From NCBI GenBank assembly GCA_973851085.1, contig OZ316775.1, positions 9,672,001 through 9,736,000 on the forward strand: a stretch of 64,000 bases of DNA. The letters are read 5' to 3'. The stretch is from Ptychomitrium polyphyllum (lineage: Eukaryota). This document shows, one piece after another, positions 37,127-49,492 of this stretch (its first letter is position 1; every line of letters starts with the position of its first letter). The position numbers were made by a program, and so were the translations under genes. The notes below the pieces were generated by a model. That model saw only the letters and a list, made by a program, of their open reading frames with translations. It was not told the DNA's origin and ran no database searches.

Positions 37127-38530
37127 GTAGAATGCATTAGTTTTAGGCCAGCGAGGGCTTCTGTACAACGACCATTAGTGTTCATGATTTAGGTGGAGCG
37201 GTTTTGCAGGTGTAGGTTAAACGATAGATTGCATCGTTCATGTACTGTGGTGGTCAAGTTGCTGATGGATTGGGTTTTACCGCCCAAATGTTTCAGTATA
37301 TAGGTTGTGTAGCAGAGAGCTCGGTTGATTAGACTCAGACAAGGCGCCCATCTTCCCTTGACGAGATGATCGTTCAGGGCGTGGTGGCATTGCCATTAGA
37401 TACATGGCAGCCTGTTACCATACGAGACCGTAGATCTAGTCTGCTTTATGGTCTTCGTCTGATGTTTCAATAGCATCAAAAGTGTGTACCCAACAAGCGG
37501 GGGATATACCGGTATACAGGAGATACAATAGCATCGACTTACATAAAGTGACAATATTCATACCTTCAAATACACAAACTTGCGCATGATGCTCCAGTAT
37601 CTTACGAGTAATCCGATGGCGGGTGTCCGGTTGTATTAGAGGGTTCATTTGTGCAGTGTGATGCTGTGTGACTTGGACCACCTATCCATGATGAGAATGA
37701 TAAGAAAGAAATACACGTACGGGTATAGGAATTTTTGTGTGCAAATATAAACTTACATAAACGCACGGAATTCTTGTCTACTACCTTTTGGTACTTTTTA
37801 AAACTGAAAGTTTACTGATGCCCAATTAGAGTGGGTTAAAGATCAGCCACCTTATCTGCAGTAGAAGTTAGAATATTGTTTCAATATACCATGTGCTGTG
37901 GGAGAGAGGATATATGTCAGGTAGAAGAAATTGTTCATTGAATCTATTTTACAATAATCTGTTATGAATTCGCCACTGAGCATTTCAAAGCACAAGTTCA
38001 ATAGTTAAATGGGAGTGTTCACAACTCTACTTACCTCGTAAACAACCACGAAAAAGTTTCACTTCTATCAACCATTGTGAAGCCATACAATTATAACACT
38101 AAAACATTATACAGTCGGCAAGGAACTAAACCTGAACGTGCGTACAAACGAAGTGCAATTCTAGGTCCGTATATGAACCCTGAATGCTTTCGTAACTCCA
38201 AAACGTTTCTACCACTGCGTTCAAGAAAAGTTCTCAAAAACCAGTCATTCTCCTCGAGTGCAGAATGAGCCAGTCCCACTTGTTATTTGGTTTCTTAAAC
38301 TGCTTTCGGCATGACTTGATACACCTAGTCCCTTAACGTTGGACGTCAAAGCAGAAATGAAATCGAGATGCTCAAGTAAGATGCTTTGCCCTATTAGTGT
38401 TGATGAACTGAAGTTTCAAAAGAAGAGCTTTCCACACATATGATTGCAAAGCCCAAAAAGCTCCAATCATTTTGAACCATCCAAATAGGGAGAAACGTCA
38501 TGGAATCATCGAACAGAAATGTGGACAAGG

Positions 38531-41500
38531 TCATGATGTAGCGTTTTTCCAGGGTTGAATTACAGCAACAATGACAATGGTGGCTGCGAGAAGCAGTATA
38601 ACAATGGCAATACACATGCACTTACGAGTTGATCTTTGCAAGCTTTTAGCCTTCTGGAGCGCTGTTGTTCCAGAGGCGATATGTTCGACTGCTTTGCCTA
38701 CCTGCAATTCCAGATCACAGTGGAAGAGCAGTCAGATGCGGAAAGAGAACTCTGGTCTATAGATAAACATTAATTACTTGACTACGAGTCACGACTAAGA
38801 AACTCAAGTGGCTTTTTGGGATTACGAAGTCACCCCGGAGTACAGGACTCAAAGCAGTAACTCAAAACAGATCCAGTAAAAGCACAGAAGGACCTACGAT
38901 TATCTACAAGGACAGTAAGAAGACGCGTATGGCTTAAAACAAGTGAATTGGTAGAGACCGACACCCTAATTATGTAATCATTGTTCCTGTTTATACATCA
39001 ACATTTACACAATGAAACCGCAAGATGCTGCTACTTGAACAGGACAGAGCCAATGTCACTGTAGCAGTCCAGGCTTTCATATACAACCAATGTTGGGCTG
39101 AACGCAATCTTTGCCTAGCTGCTTAAGCTAACAGTTACCAAAAACTTCGGAATATGTTTTGGACGTTGTTACGTAGACCCTTTCCTGATTTCGTACTAAT
39201 TTTCTAATGCCGGAAAATCCTAGGAATCGATTCTGCGATTTAATTGCTGTACTAGAACCCTGAGCATTACTAAACATGAGCAGCTTCTACTTGAATAAAT
39301 ATGCATCTTAAATTGATGATATGACTTAAAACATCAAGTCCTAATGCGATTCGCCGATTGCAGAGAACAATGATACCAAGAATCGTAGATGTACCTCACG
39401 AGGTCTCAAAGTAATATGTTGAGGCAGAACATGAACCAGGACAAGGAATTTTAACAGAAACTTTGTGGCCCTTAAGATGTGTCAACACAACTTTAAACAA
39501 GAATAAACAGAGACCTAGTGAAGTGAGGCAGCCAACCTGAGTTTCAATGTTGTCAAGGAACTCGCCTTGTGCTTCGACAAGCACTGCCATGTCAAGAAAA
39601 ACCTGCCAGACATACGTCCATGTCAATTCATCTAGTTCAAATAGAAGTTGACCATTCTAGTCATCGCAGAACGTGAAAAAAGCGAATGCTCTCAAAATAC
39701 AAAGGAAACATACACATGATGCTCATTTGAAGAAAACCAATAGGAGAGTGTTATATCGCTACATATAAATTTAGATACCTCACACAATTCGGCCATGAAC
39801 AACAAGATTGAAAGTTCTCGAATTGTGAATTTTTGATAATTCTCACTTTGATGAGTAGGATAGGAAGCTCGGATCAAGATCAATAAAAACGGTCAAATTA
39901 ATACCTTACTAGGTCCTTTTGTACAGTTCTGGAGAACAGGATGTACAAGTATGAGATTGACAAACACTTGATTAATCTAGGAATGGAGGGACCTGGTGAA
40001 GTTCCAAAAGCTTCTTCTCGATTTCTCTGACTGCATCATGCCGCTCTTGGATCTCTGCTATTGTGTCTAATATCTGCAGCACATGGTTTTCCAGCCAAAT
40101 AAATGAAAAAGAGAGTAGCTGGGCTTGATCTGGTACTGCAATCCTTTTAGAAATGTGAGCATGTAAGCAAATAACGAGTTACTAGAATCTTATTGCTGAA
40201 CTAGTGCTATAATGATGATGTTGGCAAATTTTGGTGACATTGGGACAAATGCGCAAAAGTTCACGCTGTGAATTCTTGGTTCAGTTCAAACATTTGCAGG
40301 GTTTTGATGTTATTTACGCATTCGAAGCTGCTTCGATTGCCAAAATGTATAATGATATTGTAAATTTGATCTCAAAGGTGGACAAAAGTGCATATAAATT
40401 ACAAGCAGACGAATGCAATTGGCAATATGAAAAATGCCAAAACAACGAATATTGTCTTTAAACCCTTGACTCAAGAAGTTGCTTGAAGGATCTTAACAGC
40501 TTGGGCATACGAGCTGTTGTAAGAAATAGAGCCCACTGTTCTAGTAACAGTAGAGAAGTAGATTCTAGACCACAAAGAACATACCTGACCTCGCCCCTGC
40601 TCCTGGATGGCCTTTTGAAAAATTTGCTCACTGTCTCCTGTGTCTATTAGGCGTTCAATTACCTGCGAAGCAGTCACTAAAATTTGGATGAGCAAAGAGG
40701 GGCACAGCCATGAAGTGGTTAGTGAATGTGGCTGGTCATACATTAAAACAGAAATAGAACAGTTGAACATGTTCATAACAATTAGACCTACTTGGTCAGG
40801 AATTTCTTAGAGCTAACACTAAGAACCATGCTAAAGGTGATTAATTAAGGTTTTGTCAGGGAAGCGACTGGTCCAGAATTCGTGCCTGAATAGAATCTGT
40901 GATGCTTATTAATAAAAGGAATGAAAACTGCACGTAAGAAAAGTTTGATACACTTACTGATTCATCCACTTTCTGCCCCGTAACTATACACATCACAAAC
41001 AAACACCAAAAGGGTATGAAAGTAAGAGCCATGTTGTTGCGCTTAGTCCTTTCTTATCGTTAAAAAAATCCTTACAATCAGAAGATCACAGGCGAGTTTA
41101 GCAGAAGGAGGAAGTTGGCATTGACTAAGTAGACTCTCAAAACAAACTCACCAGTAAAAACTCGTCGTTCAACAACCTCTCGATACTCATCTTGAAACTT
41201 TTGTCTCAATGCCTACAGTTCAACCAAGTTCACTAAGAGCGTGCTCCCAACAGGCAAATCAAAGGCTTTTAGAACCCAAAAAAATACTGGCCTAGTGCAA
41301 AAGTTTCGCATTGTCAACTGCTAATAATGTCAAGAGCAGGACTCATTAATAACGGCGTACTGTAACGGTAGTGCAGTATGAATACCCAATGCTTGTAAGT
41401 TCATGTCTTACGGTTTTAAAGTAAGAGTTGGTCTGCGTAGAACAAATTCCCCTAACACAAATGTAATGATTTGGTTCATGTCACATGTGCATTAGCATCT

Positions 41501-43745
41501 CAGAGACGTAGCTAAAATATGAGCAGATTCAACAAGCATATGTTTTCTTAAACAAAGAACCTTTGCATCTGACTTCTTAAACACACACCTGAAAATCGAC
41601 CATGACCTCCTTCAGCTTCTTCTTCAAGGTACTGGATTGCAGTCAGAAAATGTCATCGGTAATTGTTTCTAAGAATGAACAAACAGAGAGTTTTGGACAC
41701 ATTCTATGCCGTAACTAACAGCATGTTACAAAATAACATTATATATATATATATATATATACATACACCATAAGGTCAAAACATGACTGACGAAGTTATA
41801 GCCATCCGCGTCCGGTCAGTGCTCGATCCTTCATGACAGCCCTTAATTTTGCGATTTGCAATATTCTGCAAAACAGCCATCAGAAGAAAGAAAAACTGCT
41901 TCAAAGAAATACTGGAGCAAAAAACTCGTATATAATCAAGTTGCATCCATCTATGTAGCGACTGCTAACTTATTAAATCAAATACCCTACGTACAGAAAT
42001 ACAATTCCAATAGTTATCACGAACATGTAACACATTCGGTGATAACACGAAAAATTGAGGGATCATGTCTCTATCATTTAAGCACTACTCTCAAAAGGTG
42101 TACATTCAGGAGGCACAATAATCACATAGAGAGCGCATAACAGGGACATTACAATAACGATCTGTTGATTAAAAAGTCGAGGAGCAAAAATCTTGTACCG
42201 CTTTGTCCAATGCCTCCAATTTGCTCTTTAAACCTTGAGCGATCTTGCTGATTTCATCAAGGTCATTTTCCATTTTCTCCTTAAGAGCTGCATTTAAGCA
42301 TAACAGATCGAATTGAGTACATGATTATTTTCAGAACAGTGTCTCCAATCGTAAATTGTGAATTACTATTACATTTAGAAGATACGCGTTCCGTTGGAAA
42401 GTGTCCCAATAAGTCATGATTTCTCAGAAGATTAGAGATGGGGAGAAGCAAATGCATACAGCACATTCGAGGCAGAGGAGCCTTAAAAATCTCTCTGACC
42501 TTTCATATTTGCAGCTCTTGTTACGATCTTAGACTCTTCATTCGTATCCTACAGAACAGAACAAGTATTGACTCCCTCACAATCAGCGAGCAAATCAAAC
42601 GTGTAACAGTCCTGTATTGCAGCAATTATTCACGCTAAATCTGAGGTGCATATAATTCTATACAACTATCAAGCAGAATCAAATCTCTGAGCTTTCACGA
42701 GTCCTTGCAGATGGCCTATCTACTCGGGTTATGCAACTTCAAAGATGCATAATCAAACGTCACTACCACCCTCAATATTGGGCTAAATCATTATTTTGGA
42801 TATCAGTTGCCCAGAAGCGAAATTGCATGTAAACAATTGTCCTCTAGAAGATAAGCTACCACACTTGTAAACTCAGTTAAGAAATATTGTCCAGGAACGA
42901 AGTACAATATTTATATTTAAGATATGGTTAAAAAAGAAGAATGATACAACGTACCTGCAACTTCTGAAACCTCTTCCGAATCTCTGCCATTGAACTTTTG
43001 ACGTCATTAACCTACTTCCAATTCCAGAATCCCGATAATTATCAGTGACATAACTTGAAAAGAGTTAAGTTGAAGCTTGAATAACAGACTGAGGAACGAA
43101 AGAATAGTAAGATAGTAGAGCAAGGAATTTGTTAACCTCCTGGAAGAATGTGGTCATGTCCTGGCCTGCGTCTGGGACATTAGATGGCCCCGCTTCGAGG
43201 TCCACCTCTTTCTTTTCATTAGTTGGCGCCTGGGGTTCCGGAGATTCCTGCACTTTCACACGAACTCCTCTCTGATGAATAGCCTCCGAAATACTCTACA
43301 TAATTATAATACTACTCTTGAATCTTAATACAAGCTCCAATTACCCCACCTCATCGTGGTTTCTTAGAATCGCTGCTTACAATATTTCTGTACCGAACAG
43401 CTCTGACGAGACTCACAAAACCATAAAGCATTCCGGATGCATCCATAGGAGACCTAACAACATCGTCACCATATTGTGGTTGCACCGAGTTGCAACAGCC
43501 TGAAATTGTTTCATTGAATAATAGGTGACAATCCTCTAACTCGCCCACGAACCACATACACCACATAAACTACGTAAACACCACATACACCATATACTAA
43601 AAAGCCGTCATCAATTCATATTGTAACATCACACGTCACATCATCTTATCTCTCGTATCTCCTGTCAACACAATGCATTCCTTCCCTGGTCACCACCATG
43701 GACACTTTGACACCTTCTGCAACATACCGCAAGCAGATCATTCAT
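38531..43745 (-). CDS. SYP132: Qa-SNARE syntaxin, SYP13 (SYP131/132) group; 13 coding exons
   Basis: Exons read MNDLLA (43745-43728) | ...DLEAG...FFQE | VNDVK... | [15 protein letters not shown] | ... | [12 protein letters not shown] | VTGQKVDE | [25 protein letters not shown] | [27 protein letters not shown] | [13 protein letters not shown] | ...RKCMC followed by a C-terminal TM anchor. Stop at 38533-38531. Confidence 0.93.
41740..41761. repeat. (TA)n microsatellite in a syntaxin intron
   Basis: About 11 TA units are directly visible. Confidence 0.9.
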
Positions 43746-46700
43746 AGCGACGAACTCCCAATCACCACGCCAAGAGGCCTCCTGGTCTCGATCAAAATCC
43801 GCTACCACTTGTCACAAGCTCTTAATCACTATTTCCATCGCCATCGTAGGTCCCATTCTCATCATCATCCTTTGCTCGTGATTAGGTTCTTTACACTCTC
43901 CCTTCTGCCGGCAGACATCCACACCAAAATCCACCACCACATACTCTTCCTATCACATAAAAGGAAAAAGGAAAAACTCCAGCCATCCTACAACAAAGAG
44001 GTCTTTAGATTCTGCTCCTTGCCACAAGCCCAGATAGAGGGAACAGAAGGACCAACCCTAAAACAGAACAAATGCTTCACAACTGAGAGCTGATCTGATC
44101 TACAAGGCGAGTCCTTTTTCTCCTCTCCTTCAAAAATCTTCTGCTTCACTGTAATCAGAACACTGAACTAGGGGTCCTCAGACAGAACATGCATTCCATT
44201 GACACCTTCACAGGAAGTGCAGGACGGAGTCACACCAAATGGCAGCATGCAACAATATCAACGTCATGTGCCTTAGGGCAGAGTGATCAGTACTGTATAG
44301 ACAAGTTTGAAGAGGCAAGGGAGAAGTAATATATGATTGAGAAAGTTGATCATCTGTCTTTCCCTGTGCCAATTGCAGTTCTATAAGGAAGCTAAAAGTA
44401 TCTTTTGCATGGATTGCATGCATTTATTCTGTTGTGCTTCTCCTGTGCATTCATATTCTGACATTCTTGGATCATGAGCATCAGGTGTCATACTGTTGTC
44501 GATCAAACTTACTCTGCATGGTACTTCGGACATGGAAAGGCGGAGTTATGTCGCCGCAGTATTTGCTGAATGGATGTGGTATGTATCATAGCCATGAATA
44601 GTCATAGTCACATGTAAACTAAAATCCCTATTGTGTGGTTGTGTGGTTGCAAACAGCCCCCTTTTTGTAATTATAAGCCAACTACACTAACTCATACTGG
44701 AAGTATGCATATTTTTATTACAACTTCTATCAAACACATGTCATTGTTATCAAATTAGAATCTATTTGTGTACTTGCACTCCAAAAATGGTTATATTGTA
44801 TTGAATGAAAGAACCAAGATGTTAAAATTTAAGGTTGTGGTCTCTTGGATAGTATAAACAAATACATTATTTTTAATAACTTTGATAGTCCTTGATTAAG
44901 AAAATTTGATTTGAAGAATATTTAAACAAAAAATATCAAGTATCCTATGTTTTAGAATGAAGTGAAGATGCATAAATTCTTTAAGCCCAACAATTATCCA
45001 AACACTAAGCAAATGGACATATTGATTTAAATATGTATTTAAAATAGCAAACCTTCTTCCACATCTAGGCTCACTTTTTACAATGGAAAATCATTGATAG
45101 CTTTTTAAAATGAGTTTTTGGTCATAGTTCTTAATTAATGGTAAGATTGTTCATAACTCCGTCCCATTATTTCATTGATTTACAGACAAGAACATTCAAG
45201 AAGCCTAAATTTTGTTCAATAAGGATTAATGCAATCTTACCCTTTTCAAAGGTAAATGTAAATTATAATATCCACATTACATGCCACACAAGTAATTTTG
45301 GAACAATCAGCATTTTTTCTTTCATTAGTTGCACTTTCCTTTCCAACTAATGCATGCCCTTTACCACACATGCAACCTCTTTGTAACAAAGTAGATGTCT
45401 ATCATAACTGCCTTTGCTATATCACCTTCTCAAATCAACCTTGATTCAAATATAATCAAATATAATTTTATTTGAAAAAAAGTAGTTATTATATTACACA
45501 AAGTTGTCCACTATGAACAAGAACAAGAAGAGTAACTCTTCGTTATATTAAGGATGGTCTTTTACAATAAGTTTTGGACCATCTTCATTTATGTGGATAA
45601 AACTAGAAGTGTTCATCGTCCAAACCTTTGTTGGACGTCAAGACGTCCACTAGCATCCGGATTGTCACTGGAACTCTGAATTTTTCCAAAGGTCTAGACA
45701 CGGAGCGCATATTACTTTGTTAACAAATTAACGGTCTAAGAGTTAATTTAGATGCCTAAAGTCAACTGCCTATTCATTGTCCACCAGCCAAATCCGGAAG
45801 TGTCAGATGGATGGCTTGGGCAACACGGTCAGATCCAAATGGACTCACTTTGGACTTCTGTTCTTTCCGCTCTTTTGCTTGTGTTAGAGTTGTTGACATG
45901 ACAAACCCCTATAATTATAACAAAACAGTAAGTCTACAGAAATACAGACAACTATATTTGGGTACTATGCAGTGAGTCTATAAAAATGCAGACAACTATG
46001 TTTGATGTTAGACTTTTTTGTTCTGTTAAATCATGTGAACAGCCAGTGTCGATATAAACCTTACAACGCTTATCCTTCTACAGATTTGTCCGGCATTGGA
46101 AACAGTTGGAAATGATTAGTAAAATTGAATCACGTTCGACTGTGCCAGAAACACGATAAAAAATTAGTTAGTGACGCACCAATCTCTCAAAGTTGTCAGC
46201 TTTTGGAAGCTGTGACCAAGTAGCATTCCGAGGATTGACAATTGAACATGACTTTTTCCCTTTGTGGGACATGACCTACACTAAGTCCTCAGTAGGTGCA
46301 AATTATGTACAGTTGTGAAGTTACAGGCACCGAGGGATGGGAATCGAGATATCTGTATTTCCTTCAATTTGCTTATCTTGGATATTCCTCTCATAGAGTA
46401 TGACGCATTTCACGTGAACATGTCGTAGTAGTAAGTATATGCTTTTACATTAACATATATTCTGACCTAAGCCTTTCGCAATTGAAGTCATGGTTTATCT
46501 TTCTCGATGACACACATCGCTGGTTTATAAGTACACATCCTACATTGCATATTGCACATGTGCAAGACATACTCTTGATCTAGAGAAATGATAATGAGGC
46601 TGTTGTGACTTGGTGATGGCGCTGCTGCTTCTCTAGCTCTGGATTCTGTGGTCGGTGTTGGTTTCAAACTCTTGACAAGTACTTACACCAGCGTGTTATG

Positions 46701-47066
46701 CTGTGAAGGTGAAGCTTCAACAATATTACATCCAATGTAGAAGATCTTCATTAGTATGTGGATCTAGTGTCAAGAGCAAAGACTAGAGGATCTAGAACTG
46801 TCCCCCGATTTTTGCAATGTTGTGTTTCGTTCGCTATTATATTCTAGTACTCACGCCATTGATCTAGTCTTCTGGAATGATGCTCACTCAGAAATCTATC
46901 CGAAAGAGTAATTTTGAGTTCATTTAAACATGAACCTTAAGCTCATATGATCTGCTGTAAATGAATTTGGGTTGTGATTCAAGTTGATGCAAATCCCGAT
47001 GCCGTCTAGCTGGGTCTTGCTATTAATTGATGTTGTTTTCCTTGTGCAACAGATAATTGAGTCGAG

Positions 47067-48482
47067 ATGAAGTCCAAAGGTGGATCTATTGCAGTTCTAT
47101 GTGCACTACTGGCGGTGGGTTTCTTGCAGATGACGATCCATGCTACCTCTGTTCCAGCTAATAATGTAGCAGTCCAATGGAACGCTCTTGGCACTACCCT
47201 CGTTTGCAGCAACCCTGGATTCAAGGTGTTTGGAACCGGCCTCATATTGCCCCACTTGCACCTTGCTCAGTGGCACGCCCTTCTTGCATTGAAGGGAACA
47301 GGGCATTGCACTACAGAGGAGGCAGTGGTAGCCTATGCCAGCCACCGAGTGCTGTCAGAGTATTTCCCTTTCTGGAAGGACGTTTCCATCGATAACCTCC
47401 TGACAGACCAAATCAATGCTCTGGGCTTGTCAGATTCCCAACGAAAACTGGGCAAGCGCTTGGGTGCAGCAGTGGCACTTGAGGTGATGGAAAAGAAATT
47501 TGTGAGGGAGTATGGGTTGAAGGAGTTGAAGGATGAGTTGACTGCACGCATTGCAGCCCACACTCCGGGTTTGTTCAGCTACCACAACAATACGCTAGCG
47601 GGCCGGAAGGCGCAAGAGTTTGTCACTTATGTGAACTCAAGAACCTTTGTGGTGCCAGATCCCATTGAGTACATTGAGGATTATTTGTCTGAATTTCATC
47701 CTCCTCTTGTGCCGTCAGATGCATGGGATGCAGAGTACAAGGCGCTCATCAACATTGGAAGGGTAGATTGGCCAGGACGCACCCAAGAGATGAACTACAC
47801 TGCTGCCATCTATGGGTGTCTAATTGATGGGCACTGCTCCTTAGAAGATTTGAGCTTCAAAGTGGCCAGAGCTGTACTACCTAGTGAGACTTCTCTGTAT
47901 GATACGGTTGTCTTGTTTGCCAAGATAGGTGTGACATGCTATGATGCCACCATTGTGACCAGCAATCTGCAATGGGGGTACTCCTTTTGGCGACCCTTTA
48001 TGGCCTTCCGAAATGGCGATCCTCGCCATGCACCCATTCCTACATGGACACCATTTTCAGACAACCCATACCACCCAGAGTATCCAAGTGGAACAGCTCT
48101 TGTGTTTTCAGCAGGGATAACCACGTTGCAGAACTTCTTCGGGGAAAAGGTTGTTTCTTTCTCTCTTGACCAAGGTACGGTGGTACCATCAACTCCCTGC
48201 AACGTTCCTCCAGGGACGCACATTGGGGTCAGGCATTACAGTTCTCTGCAAGAGATAGTGAAGGAAGCTCAAAATGGTCGTATGTATTGCGGCGGACATT
48301 GGAACATCTCAGTTATAGATGGTGCCAAAGTAGGTGCTAAAATTGCAAATTATGTAGAGAAGCGTTGGGGCCGCTACAAGTCTTCACCCTACGGGGTGCT
48401 TCCCAATTCATTCTACTTGAATGTGGTTGCCAAACAAGCTAGGAAGGTAGGAGAATTCCGTCCTTTCACCGTGGACTATTGA
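47067..48482 (+). CDS. Secreted vanadium-dependent haloperoxidase-like protein (PAP2/haloperoxidase superfamily); intronless CDS
   Basis: Signal peptide (MKSKGGSIAVLCALLAVGFLQMTIHA) and VHPO-like N-terminal segments (VQWN, HLAQWHAL, EAVVAYASHRVLSEYFP, GKRLGAAVA). The three motif regions read YDA.I...QWGYSFWRP, W.P...NPYHPEYPSGT and EAQNGRMYCGGHW...DG..VG..IA. Confidence 0.85.
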   Translation: MKSKGGSIAVLCALLAVGFLQMTIHATSVPANNVAVQWNALGTTLVCSNPGFKVFGTGLILPHLHLAQWHALLALKGTGHCTTEEAVVAYASHRVLSEYFPFWKDVSIDNLLTDQINALGLSDSQRKLGKRLGAAVALEVMEKKFVREYGLKELKDELTARIAAHTPGLFSYHNNTLAGRKAQEFVTYVNSRTFVVPDPIEYIEDYLSEFHPPLVPSDAWDAEYKALINIGRVDWPGRTQEMNYTAAIYGCLIDGHCSLEDLSFKVARAVLPSETSLYDTVVLFAKIGVTCYDATIVTSNLQWGYSFWRPFMAFRNGDPRHAPIPTWTPFSDNPYHPEYPSGTALVFSAGITTLQNFFGEKVVSFSLDQGTVVPSTPCNVPPGTHIGVRHYSSLQEIVKEAQNGRMYCGGHWNISVIDGAKVGAKIANYVEKRWGRYKSSPYGVLPNSFYLNVVAKQARKVGEFRPFTVDY

Positions 48483-49492
48483 GCACGTCAATTGTGCGAG
48501 CTGTTGTAAGGTGTATGCAGGCCAATTTTGGCTGGAAAGGGATGCCAGAGTGGACAATCAACAATTTTGAATTACTGGTTAAGCGTGGGAAAGCTGATTG
48601 GCTCACTTTCTTAAAAAGAAAATTCAACTGGCTAAGTTCCCTCAAATGTATCAATCAGTTGTATACCATATTCTATGTTTCAATTGTCATCAATAAAAGA
48701 ACTGATTCCAGATGGAGTGTACACAAAACTAATAAGACCTCTAACCTGTCGGCCTGTGAAATTCTGTAAACATCAATTTGCAAGACGTGTAAATTGCTGA
48801 AGCTGACTTCCTTTCTGAACATTAGTAACAAACTCGCATTATACTTGATTATCATAACCTATATGAACTTACTAATGTTTGACAATTGTAATGTCAGCAT
48901 CTGATACAGTTTCGTGAGCTGACTTGAAATTTGAATGAAGAAGTTGAGTAGTGGGATGATTTAAAAAGTGTGCTGCACAAACTAAGAGTTATTAGATTCA
49001 CCAAACTGTTTAAATACTGCCAAGTTTTAATTAAAACGAACATGTATTAATTTTGCCATAAAACTGTTTGAAACTGATTTCCAGGTGCAGTGCTTCCGAC
49101 TCTTCCTCCACAAATATCCAAACCACTGCCATAGATATTCCATATTGTCTCAAACAACAAAACAGTCACATAAGACAAAAAACACTATTCGTCAGGTCAC
49201 AGAAGCTGTTGTATTCCGTGATTTGATCAACTACAAGACCTCCAAAAATCAAGTCGTCATTTCTGCATGTACAACCAATTCTCCTCCGAACTGCTAGCCT
49301 TCAATTGTACCTAATTGTACATGCAACAGTGACGAACAGGAAACTGGATTATTGATGACAGTAGTCTCCCAAATACCCAGCAATGATAACACGGTCCACA
49401 AACTGCAAATGAAAAATCCCTCTCGAGCATAATTCCTTAAAACCTCGTCATGACGTGTAAGTAGAGCAGGAGAGACGGCACTTCTTTAGTTA

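Noticed and set aside
45931..46003. Two diverged ~30-bp direct repeats upstream of the haloperoxidase-like gene
   Set aside because: Only two copies, with no TIR/TSD or other structure; an ordinary local duplication.
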